Origin: Oopsacas minuta
Lineage: Eukaryota; Animalia; Porifera
Assembly: GCA_024704765.1 (NCBI GenBank)
Contig: JAKMXF010000144.1
Location: forward strand, 1 to 64,000
DNA length: 64,000 nucleotides
Reading direction: 5' to 3'
The notes under the pieces were generated by a model. The model did no database searches and was not told the origin of the DNA. It was given only the letters and a program-made list of their open reading frames with translations. Shown piece by piece: positions 53,425-64,000 of this stretch (position 1 is its first letter; each line of letters opens with the position of its first letter). Made by a program: the position numbers and the translations under genes.

Positions 53425-55131
53425 TCATAGAATAAAATCAAGAGAATTGTTAGACTCCCATTCATGAGTGTCCTCATCTGAGAGAGGTTCATCTGGACAG
53501 AATAGAGTCAGCTGATTATTACGCGCCAGAATAAAGGCGCGTAATAACGCTTCTAAAGAATTTTCACAACAATCAAATCCTTCTATAGAATAGGCGCCAG
53601 AAGTGTCGCTATTAATCCTATGGTGTCGTATGCCATCTTCCATGTGGATAGATAGAGCTAATTTATCAGGACTTGACTCCCGAAACCTTACAAGGAATGT
53701 TCCCACTGCCATCCCGCGTAATATCTCCTCTGCGTCCTGTCTGGATATGGACCTAAGGATGGACCGCTTGAGACAGGAAATGGGTAGAGGGAATAGTTCT
53801 GGTTCCGTTATATTCATATGTTTTGACACTTCTACCAATTTGCCAGGTACAGTATGAGTTCTTTTGGGCAGCAGAGGTGGCATAGTGTCCACATTTTCAT
53901 AGTCCGGTGTGACACTGTGACATCCGTTAGTGGCAGTCTTTGGTTCCGTATTAGTGTCAGGTGGCACGTATAGTTCCATATTTCCAGGCCATATAGTGAG
54001 ACGTGGCAGGGTGGTGTTCAAGAAAGAATTCTTCCTATCCAAACTGGAATGGAAATTCATAGGTGTCAAATGTGGCGTAGAAGTGTCGGGGGAGTGTCTC
54101 TCAGACAGGACAGAGAGTGCAGGTTGTATACGGGTGTTAATCCAGTGAAGTGGTTGATTTGTGTCACGTGATAACTTAGCTAGACTATGTGGCAGAGAGG
54201 TGGATCTATGAAACTTAGGGGGCCTTACTAGTTCTAATAACGAGGTGTTAAGAACATCTAGAGACGTGGGATTATAGAAGGGACACTGTAGGAAATTGGC
54301 ATAGTTATCAAGCTGAGAAGAGGTGTTACTATGTCCTGTGTAGTCCAGAGAGGACAGGTCCTGGAACTTGTCAGAATGGGAGAGGGCATCTAGCGTCTCC
54401 AGGTTATCCATACCACCTGTCCTCTCTAGGTGTTGCTTAGGTTTCTGTTGTCGATGGAGAGCTGTGGATATGTCTGGAAGGGAAATTATGTCAGCGTCTA
54501 TATCCTCTTGTGACAGACAAGGCACAGGTGTCATAAGTGGCACAGGGGTAGGTGGCGCTGATTCGTACCACCTCATGTTATTAAGTGGGAGGTGACAATC
54601 CGCCAGAGACCTCCTCCTGAACAGACTCCTTGTACCCAGATCCATCTCCGCGGGAGTGGGAGAGGAATCTGTAGATCGGGTTCCGATTGTCCGTCTACAG
54701 AACTGTACGTATTCAGAAGGGGCACCGATGAAGAAATCGTCCGCGTACCGCCCTAGAGATCCGATTGAGGATACGGAGCTGATGGAGTACACGGACCGCT
54801 GGGAAGCCTGGCGCTTAGGTGACACTGATTTCGACGCCTCAAGAATATGCATCATCCATGTGGCACGATGTAGCTCATTTGGCGCACGGAAGTGGTGTGT
54901 GGTCTTACCCATATGGAGAGAGAATTGGTAATTATTCCGTTTTGATTTTCCCATTTTACAAGTGGCAGATTCGTGAATGTGGATTTGTGTCGGATTAGCG
55001 TTAAAATCGTGAAATAAGAAAAGTTGTCGACCCAGTAGTTGTACAAAGTAACACTTCCACCGCTTTAATTTCATCTCTAGGTGTCCCTCAAGGAGGCTCA
55101 GGCCACCTATGCCACTAGGATATACTTGCAT
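53425..55131 (-). CDS. PH-SH2 adaptor, copy B
   Basis: Same 568-aa ORF as copy A. Confidence 0.8.
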   Translation of the reverse strand: MQVYPSGIGGLSLLEGHLEMKLKRWKCYFVQLLGRQLFLFHDFNANPTQIHIHESATCKMGKSKRNNYQFSLHMGKTTHHFRAPNELHRATWMMHILEASKSVSPKRQASQRSVYSISSVSSIGSLGRYADDFFIGAPSEYVQFCRRTIGTRSTDSSPTPAEMDLGTRSLFRRRSLADCHLPLNNMRWYESAPPTPVPLMTPVPCLSQEDIDADIISLPDISTALHRQQKPKQHLERTGGMDNLETLDALSHSDKFQDLSSLDYTGHSNTSSQLDNYANFLQCPFYNPTSLDVLNTSLLELVRPPKFHRSTSLPHSLAKLSRDTNQPLHWINTRIQPALSVLSERHSPDTSTPHLTPMNFHSSLDRKNSFLNTTLPRLTIWPGNMELYVPPDTNTEPKTATNGCHSVTPDYENVDTMPPLLPKRTHTVPGKLVEVSKHMNITEPELFPLPISCLKRSILRSISRQDAEEILRGMAVGTFLVRFRESSPDKLALSIHMEDGIRHHRINSDTSGAYSIEGFDCCENSLEALLRAFILARNNQLTLFCPDEPLSDEDTHEWESNNSLDFIL

Positions 55132-55516
55132 TCTATTTATAGTAACAAATAAACAACAAACAAGTAAACATACTATTGATATAATTCAGCTCAACTATTT
55201 ATAAATTTTTCCATGGCAACTGAGTTATCATACAAATATGTAGATATAGTTCATGTGCTATTATCATGTTGCTATGGATAAAAGATTGGAATGTGTAAAT
55301 CTTAAGAAATAGCATATTTGTGTACATAATAGCTAGGTGTCAAATTCCATATATACATAGTGAAACTAATTAGGTTATAGTTCAATATTGCTTAATTCAT
55401 ACTGGTTGCTAAGCAAGTTCTCAGGAATTCAATATATATGTAGCCAGTTTAAGCAATGACACTATCCCACAGAGCCCTCGACAGGATTGAATATTAATAA
55501 TTAGTATATCATATGA

Positions 55517-58500
55517 TTATTTATATATTGAATTGAATGATCTTCCTAGCACCAGCTTCCTGACCTCTTGAGTACCTGCGCCTATCTCATACAGCTTAGC
55601 ATCTCTAAGGATTCGTCCCGTGGGGTAGTCATTAATGTATCCGTTACCACCTAGACACTGTATCGCATCTAGAGCCACAAGGACACTTTGTTCCGATGAG
55701 TACATGAGCACAGCAGCACAGTCTCTTGGACTAATGTGTCCCTGGTCCACAGCACGCGCCACAGAGTATAGATATGTACGAGCAGCTGATAACCGTGTGA
55801 ACATAACTGCCATTTTCTCTTGAATCAGCTGGAAGTGTCCAATAGGTTGATTAAACTGGTTACGAGAATGTACGTATGGAATGGTAATATCTAAAGCAGC
55901 TTGCATAAGACCAATAGGACCTCCAGACAGGACCAGTCTCTCTACATCAAGCCCGCTCATCAGCACGTATACACCTTTATTCTATAAATAGAATAAGAAA
56001 CGGGCTACCATAATAGGTATGTATCAAATTGAAATACCAACTGGCATAACAGTAACTAACCAATTGTCCTAACATGTTATCCTTAGGTACCCTGACATCC
56101 TCAAATACCAGCTCAGAGGTGTTAGACCCTCTCATCCCTAACTTGTCCAATTTAGGGGAGGTACTGTACCCTGCCATGTCCCTCTCCACAATGAATGCTG
56201 TAATACCATGCTGGTGAGCTGATGTGTTGGTTTTAGCATACACTACTATGACGTCAGCATCTGGACCATTGGTTATCCAAAATTTAGTGCCATTTAGTAG
56301 AAAGTGGTCTCCCTTGTCCTCTGCCCTGTAGCGACATAATAGCACCATTAAAGTGTCACAAATAAGTAACAGAGTTTATTCGTAATAATTAAATCATCAC
56401 CTCTGTGAGAATCCCTTAATATCAATGTGATTACATCATTTTAATTGTGACACAATAATGTGACATCTGATAAATATGTAGATAGATAGCCTTACAAATT
56501 CTATCACAAGTAAACAATATGAACTAATATATACAAACAATAATAACTTACTTTAGTTTCATTGACACCACGTCTGAACCAGATCCAGCCTCACTCATAG
56601 CTAGGGCGCCTATTTTATCTCCAGTGATCAGCTGGGGAAGAAACCGAGCCTTTTGATCAGCTGTTCCATGTCTAGTAATCTATAAATGGAAGTGTAACCT
56701 TGTAAATACGAATACCAACGGACGGGTCTACACTACTTGCCTTATAATACCAATGAAATAACAATTCAGGGAAAGCGGGACGGAAGACACTTAAAACTCA
56801 TTTTTGGGACATCGCGAAACATAGCATGTGTAGAAATTCTTATTAACATGTATGCCAATTAATTAAATAATTAACAAACATATATGAATACATATAGTTC
56901 CATATTAAGATAGATTAGCATTACCCATCAAATATCTTATCGACAGATAGACATAATAAGAATTGTCTGTGAGAAGTGGCTTCTTAGTGACGCAATCTGA
57001 TGGCTGAAGTGGCAGAGAATGGCAGAATCCATGTCAAACTCAGCAAGGCAAGAAGCCAAACTTTACTTAAAAGGATTCCTATTTAGTAACAATAATATGC
57101 TCTATTTGAAACTGGAACCAAGCTATCATGTATCACAGGCTGTATAACATTCCACACATATAGCATAGCAACGAACCTTGTAAACAAGAATGTATCAATT
57201 AGCAACAAGCTAGAAACAAATGACTACACACTGCTGTGGATACTGTAACTGTAACTATGGGTGTTGATGAATTGTGTATAAATACCAGTATAAACACACA
57301 CGAGTAATTACGAGACAATTCTACAGCCTTCAGTATATATTAAAAATTTTGTTATTATATATTTGTGATTATTAGGCGGCAAATGAATCACACTGGGGTA
57401 ATCCCATTGGGTACTCAGAGGAATCTCCCCTATCCCCTACCAATGAACCAACACTACTCAACACTTCATAGATATTATCCCAAGACACAATTTATGCCAC
57501 ATGCCACTCAGCTCGACACAATTTTAGCGCCTCCGAATTACTACGATATTTCACTCCCACAGGCCAATCAGATTCGAGTACATCAAATGGCGCATGAATT
57601 GCCGTTAGCAGAGGTTACAGAGAAAAAGACATTTAAAATGACACATTGTGACACAAAACCACCACAAATTGAGTCAACACATGGTGATATAAAATCAAGG
57701 ATTGAGCGGAGGATCACAGAGCTTAACACCCAATTACAATATGCACCCAGGGACCCTAGCTCTCCCTGGTGGGACGAATTCGCGGACAATTTCTTCCACA
57801 CACACTCCACCATCTTAGTGTTACTGCCACAAAATGGCAAGAAGGACACACGGCAGAGCAGATTCCATCTGGAGAAGACACCTCTAGCTGCTATGGAATT
57901 CTTTAAGAATCTATATGAACACCAGGTAACCATGACAACTAACTAAATATGTAACAATACACTTTCCTTATAAGGAAATTATCGTAATATGTAATACATG
58001 CATAATTAGGTGTCACAAGTAGGAATTAGTCTAAAAAGCAATTTGATAGTTACAGAAAATACTTGGACAGATGGCACGAGGTGTCACGCGCCAGAAGCTG
58101 TCCTCTTTACAGAACACCATAAGCCACAAAGTGTTAAAGTAACAACTGAGGGAAGTATGTCAATTATATTCACACCTCAGCTCAAAATACAACATTTGGA
58201 ATTTGACATAAAGAGCGCCACCGAATTTGTGGCGCGTAAAAATTTCCATAATCTGAACAAAAGTGGCCTACATGAAATGCGCGCCAATTCACTTGTTACG
58301 GGATCCATAATGAGACGATAGAATTCCTTAAAATGACCCGAGTATTAGAGAGTAAGTTAATCAATGAAATTACAGTATATATTGTATAGCAACCATTTTG
58401 TGTCTTAGGCATGCAAGCTATGATGGCACAACACAAGTCAAAGAATTCTATCCCACAAGAGATAGAGACATCCGGGACACAATCCACTCAGGAGGAGGAT

Positions 58501-59862
58501 ACACCGACACCTCGCAGTGCCACTAAGATAACATCTAACATTCAAGCTCGTAACTATAGCAACTATAAGAATGTAAAGAATGCGAGGAAGAATCGTAAAC
58601 GGAAATTGAATACCGACTGGAATATGAACAAGAGGAACAAAAGTGACGAAAAGTTTGAAATAGTGGCACAGGCAGAAGTGGAGGTAGTACGACACAATCC
58701 TGAGGTGGCAGGCCGTGTGGTCTACTCCATAACTAGACCTCACCATAGCAACCAGAGAGGAATGTATCAAATCCCAGCTTCGTCAAATAAATAGCTATAA
58801 TTCCATATATTACGCATTAATAATAGCTGAGCTCATTGCACAATAATAATATATTGCTAAACTGTAATCAGATAGAGGAGGAGGGACAGGGGAGTGCCGA
58901 GGGGTACATATTGGGTAAGATAAGAGAGAAGTGGGATAGGTGTTAATTTGTGTACTACCTTCTGAAATATCATAAATGGTAATGACACAGTTGGGAGTGT
59001 TTATATACTAGTTGCTAGATACAAGTCATTAAAGTAGATACAATATGGAACTATATAATATTCTAACACATATTAGTTCCAGTTCAAGGCGTATACGGTC
59101 TTACCTCTATGATAAGAAAAGAGATACGACAGTAGAACTAAGATAAGATACTTGCAATTCATTTGAATACAGTCCTTATTAGAATATGACATTATGTTTC
59201 TTGAAAGGGTAAGTCTTATCTGAGTATATGAAAACTATAATATTCACAAAAATGGACTCATACAGGGGGCAATTGGCCTCTTGGATCACTAATTATTCGT
59301 TAATCTAATTAACACCCTATATGAGGATATAGGTCCCGATTGATCCCCATGTTTAGTACTAGTATATATCATAATTATCAGCTGACCTGGTTAACACATA
59401 GATTAGAATGTGCGCCATAACTTAATGCAATGCTACCAGAGGCTCTACTCATCTCCTCCATGACGACACAATGCTCAGTAAAACCCATTCTAACACCTCC
59501 ATACTCCTCTTCAGCTGTTATACCTAGCAATCCCATACCTCCGCACTTTCTGAAGAATTCTCTCAGCTGACTCCAACCATTATCTTTATCAATTCTATCT
59601 GCATACGGCGCCAAATGCTCAGTACAAAAGGCTCTCACTGATTGGCGGAGTTGTATCTGTAGATCTGTAAGACCTATGAAAAACAGCTGTTAAGAAATGG
59701 GTAATCTAAAAATAGATTCATACCTGAAACCTTGTCATCTACCTCTATACCAGCATTACTAACATTCCCACTGGTTGCTAAGGACGGGCTAGTAGTCTGC
59801 CATCTCCTCCAAGTGGCGCAATGTGTCCTGGTGGCACAGATCCTTCTGAGAGTCTTAAACAT
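55517..59862 (-). CDS. IVD: Isovaleryl-CoA dehydrogenase, copy B
   Basis: Duplicate of 18583-22927. Confidence 0.94.
57383..58794 (+). pseudogene. LDB-like gene copy B with a 1-bp deletion near 58290
   Basis: GCCAATTCACTTG versus GCCAATTCCACTTG in copy A. The exon 2 ORF ends early (58010-58321). Confidence 0.7.
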
Positions 59863-60632
59863 GCTAATATTCAAATTAATTATAATTCACATTCCTGATT
59901 AAGTCACTGGTTGTCAGGGATAATTAAGCTAGAAATTAAACTGGAAACATATGACACCTTTTTTCAGTATTTACTTGTAGAGATGCTTAGAGATAAAATA
60001 AAGATGGATCAAGGTGTTAAGTGGTTTCATTAAGAAATACTCAATGACCCATCAAACAGCTGATACATAACTAATTCAATACTAATTGGGGCAGCCAATC
60101 AAATTCTGTAGTTGAATCCCTTGGTTTTTAACACATATCTGGTTTAGGGACAATTCCAATTTATAACAACCTAGTGATACGAAAACCTAAATGGAATGTG
60201 TGAATTTAAACTGATGGTGTAATGAAATACCCAAATAGAGTAGCTTTAATCAGAACAGGAGTTAAACACCATTTGGAAATGCTCTAAAATTCTCATTAGA
60301 CTTAATTGAATTATTTCATACACTAAACTAAACGAATGATTTGCAATTGGAAAAGTACTATTCGTATTAGCTAGGGTCTACTGAGGCGGTCCACGGACCC
60401 CTTGGTGGTGGACGGACGACAGCAGGGGTCCACAGAATGTGTTAAAATTGGTATAGGTGTCTGGTCTATTGTATAAACAATGTATTCCAATAAATAATGC
60501 AAATATTGGAGTTATAATTAAGTGGTTGGTAAGCTGAGAGCTGATTGGCTATATCTGCATATTTGTAGGCATTGAGGTTGCTAAGCAGTAACCTATAACT
60601 CAGCCAATCAAATCCTAGCTTAGATATTACAC

Positions 60633-61344
60633 ATGGAGTACACAGATGAAATGACGTCATTTATATCTCACATGCATGACTACCTGCTTGGCAGTCAGGA
60701 ATGTAAGCCGATCAAGAGACTGAAGCCACTCCTGCCATTCATCCCAGATGTGCCAATTGTGTCCGGGCAGGACACAGATCCACTTTTATGTGTCAAATGT
60801 ATGTGTCCTCTGTTTGAGCCAGTAACACTTCTAACTGGTTTATCAATCTGCAGACATTGCTATGCTTATAATATGGCACAAACTTGTGAAGTGGCATATT
60901 GCATAAATGTGTCACTAGCAGGAGTGGCAGAGGGACACATAAGTGCCACTTACAAAGGTATGCAGCTAAGATTACAAGGCAATGACATGACTAGAGAGGT
61001 AATATGCAAATTTATTCCTTGATTCAATGTTAAAATATTAAATAGAAACGATGGGAAGATGCCATAGAAAGATACACACAGTCTCTACAGCTGTTGGAAG
61101 GGAGGCCAGGGGAACATGTAGTCCTCTCAAACAGATGTCTAGCTGAGGTGTCAAGTGGCATGCTAGAGGAGGCGCTGAGAGATGCAAATATGTGTGTACG
61201 GAGGGCACCATATTGGATAAAGGGCTACTACAGACGATCAACCGTTCTGGAGAAAATGGGGTATAAAGAGGAGGCATTAGTGATGTGCTTAATGATTACT
61301 AAAAGTGGCACAAAGGACACATCAGTGGAGCAATGCGTGGCAAG
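60633..61344 (+). CDS. LONRF: LONRF copy B, exons 1-2 (rest beyond window)
   Basis: Duplicate of 23698-24409. Confidence 0.85.
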
Positions 61345-61781
61345 GTTAGTACACAATTAGATAGTATAATAGCACATTCTTATGCCATCATTATGTAACC
61401 ATGGTAACACAGAAACAAAGGATAGATCCAATAATTGTTTAAGAGTGTTAAGTTATACAAATGGACCGGGGATAAGTAATATATCAGTGTTACCAATTAG
61501 ACAACAAATGCGGGATGGGTACTGCCCCCTAGGGTGTCCCATACCCCCTGTAGCATAACAAATGACACCTGTACATTTTAAGAATTGTCACATTTAATAC
61601 CAGTAACTCATAAAATAAGTTTATAGCATTAATAAGAATTGCTGCTAATCCTACCAAAAGTGGCTGACTCAAATGTGTCGATACTCGTGTGGCGTCGCCA
61701 CCTGCCACACGGAGGTATGATTCTACCAGTAGATATCAGTTGTAGCACCAATCGCATAATTAAAATTCACTGAATAGCGAG

Positions 61782-64000
61782 TTAATCCTTGTTCAGGTTT
61801 GATATAATTTCGAGGACAATTTGTCTCATGTGTGGATCATTCTTAAAGGTGTCAAGCGTTTCAGCTGTATGACAAGCGATCGCCAAAAGGCGTGGTTGTA
61901 ATTCTAAAAATAGCGGATGGTTCTCTGGGTGTGTCGATAGGCGGATAAGTGTCCAACCAGCTCTCTTCTTCAGGGCAAGGGAGAACGCTAACTCTTCTTG
62001 AAAAGTAGAGAGCTTATTGCTTCTTTGGTTAGGAGGTTGCATTTCTATACATTCCATTAACACCTGTAGAATAGGTGTCTGTCTTGCTATGACATAATGT
62101 GGACACAAATCTGGTGTGCCACATAAGTTAAATAACAACATAAACACGAATTGTCTTGCTATCACATCTTTCTTATTAATCGACCACTTCGACAATTCTT
62201 TGATCAGTTCAGTCAGCTGTTTGACAGGTGTCGCTAGGATGTAGTCCACATTGGCTGGGAGGACGGACAGTTTGGAAAGAGACTCAAGGACCAATCTCTT
62301 AGGGGACAACCAGGTGGTGTTAGAGAGTGGCGGGAGAGGATCATGGCACATCGAAGAGGGACAAATGAGCCAATGAATTAATGAATTTAAGAGACGTTGT
62401 GTTACACTTGAGGGGTAGAGAGAGAATTCCAAAGCTCCAGCTACGTTGCATAAAACCACAAATATGTCCTCGCGAACATTCTCCAGATAGCTCCACCACC
62501 ATTCACACCTGTATACGTATACAGATAAATAAACAGCTGATAGAATGGTAAAATCTTATATAACTTACTTATTTGCTTCTAACACGTACTCAGATGTGTC
62601 GCATGTGTCCTCTAAGGTGTCAAATATGTCGCTACTGTCCTCTGTCCTGTTTGAGAGACACAGAGCCTCCGGGTGTTGATGTTTTAGCAGCAATAAGTGA
62701 CCAATCAGTGACAAGAGAGAGGTGTGTTTAGATAGCACCATATGATTTCCAGGAATAAAACTTAAGCATCTAATTAGATTAGATATACAAATAGCCATGT
62801 GACCACATTGTGTTTCATGTGTCGTGTGTAAGAATACCACATTGTCAAGTGGTCGTACAACTTCATCTTCAACATCTGGTGAGTCAGCTGATGTATTATT
62901 AGTTCCAGTTGTTGTCACCTTAGAACTATAATACACAATACAATATATACAAGGTCTTAAGAAATATGTCAAATAGTGGCATACCCTAATGGTGTTTCTA
63001 AAATAGGAAGAGTGGTGTGATTCTGTTGTGTCACATTCCTGAGCTCAACCGGTAGATCCTCATCAGCTAGAGGTGTTAGTTCGAGTTTGGATTCAGCTTC
63101 AGGTAATGCTACAATTTCACCAGGAAATATATCAGATAGACACTTCACCCAGCATGCCACCAGAGCGTCCAGTAGCCCGTGAGCGTTAGTGAGGTTGTAC
63201 AGGTCTCTTGTCCCATTATGATTAAGTAGTATGGTGAGGTAGTCCAGTGCCCATGCGGTGTCGGTTAACACCCCACTTCTGAGTGCCATAGTTAATCTGA
63301 ATGGGTCTGTCATGGACTGGTTAGGAGGCTGTTTCTTCCTCTTACGTATGATAGGGGTGGAATACTCCACACCACCTCTAGCAAGGTCAGATGGTCTCTT
63401 CTGTGTGACATGTGGTTTATCTAACACCTCGCTAGAGGGTATGACTGGCTTATCTCTGGGGACACGTGATTTAGGTTCATGAACAGCTGGAGCAGGTTGT
63501 GTCCTCGAGGTGTCAGTGGATGGAGTGGCACGAGGTGGCACATATCCCCAATCCTCCTGTTTATGAGGAGAGGACCATCTCTGTGATTGTATCATAGAGT
63601 GCATGAGACGGGAGGTGTAAGGGTGTTTGGGTGGCATAACGTGGTAGGATTCTTGTGGTATATGTGGATACATTGAGGTGTAATATTGATAAGGATTTGA
63701 ATGTGGCTCTATGCCATCTGGAATAGAATGTTCCTGCTTAATCTTAGGGGGCTTTAAAATGTCCAATCCCTGGTTCTTACTCCTATTGGGCATATAGGGC
63801 GGTGAGGTGGAGTCTAGGAAGGAGAGGGGATCTGATTTGAAGGTCTGAGGGAGGTGTGGAGTGTCCTCTTCTAACTGAAATGGTTTAATGTCAGAAGAAG
63901 TTGGTCTGTCCTCCAATGTGGCACAAGGTGTCGGTCTGTCACGTGTTAATTTACTGGGAGAACTCATGCCACTTATGAGAGAGCCAGGTGACTCTGGAAT
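61782..64000 (-). CDS. ARID1: ARID1 copy B, 3' part (5' beyond window)
   Basis: Duplicate of 24847-27065. Confidence 0.85.

Overview
Compact, intron-containing animal genomic DNA, most likely a glass sponge (Hexactinellida, Oopsacas-like). That assignment is inferred from the coiled-coil+NHL-repeat family and the ~50-nt introns, not from a database search. The window is a near-identical head-to-tail duplication with a period of about 36.94 kb (1-27065 recurs at 36940-64000). One unit holds about 17 genes: BLM, a TKL kinase, SLC41, TBC1D22, FTSJ3, CFAP58, a PH-SH2 adaptor, IVD, an LDB-like gene, LONRF, ARID1, PTTG1IP-like, VMA21, a PLEKHM/DEF8-type RH-domain gene, the 3' part of DCAF6 and two NHL genes. 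Four things stand out. (1) Four genes are clearly nested antisense in host introns (TBC1D22 in SLC41, LDB in IVD, ARID1 in LONRF, NHL in PLEKHM-like), and a fifth (NHL in BLM) probably is. (2) Seven consecutive host genes are co-oriented, with gaps as short as 44 bp and splice-acceptor AGs just upstream of most start codons, as expected for operons resolved by spliced-leader trans-splicing. (3) Short words resembling transcription-factor sites (T-box AGGTGT[G/T]AA, GTGNCR, RFX X-box, CRE, CCAAT, GGAACTA) are strongly over-represented in both coding and non-coding DNA. (4) The inferred duplication junction (36206-36681) would allow an in-frame BLM::DCAF6 splice fusion, unless the duplication is an assembly artefact. 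No rRNA, tRNA, CRISPR array or transposase was recognised.
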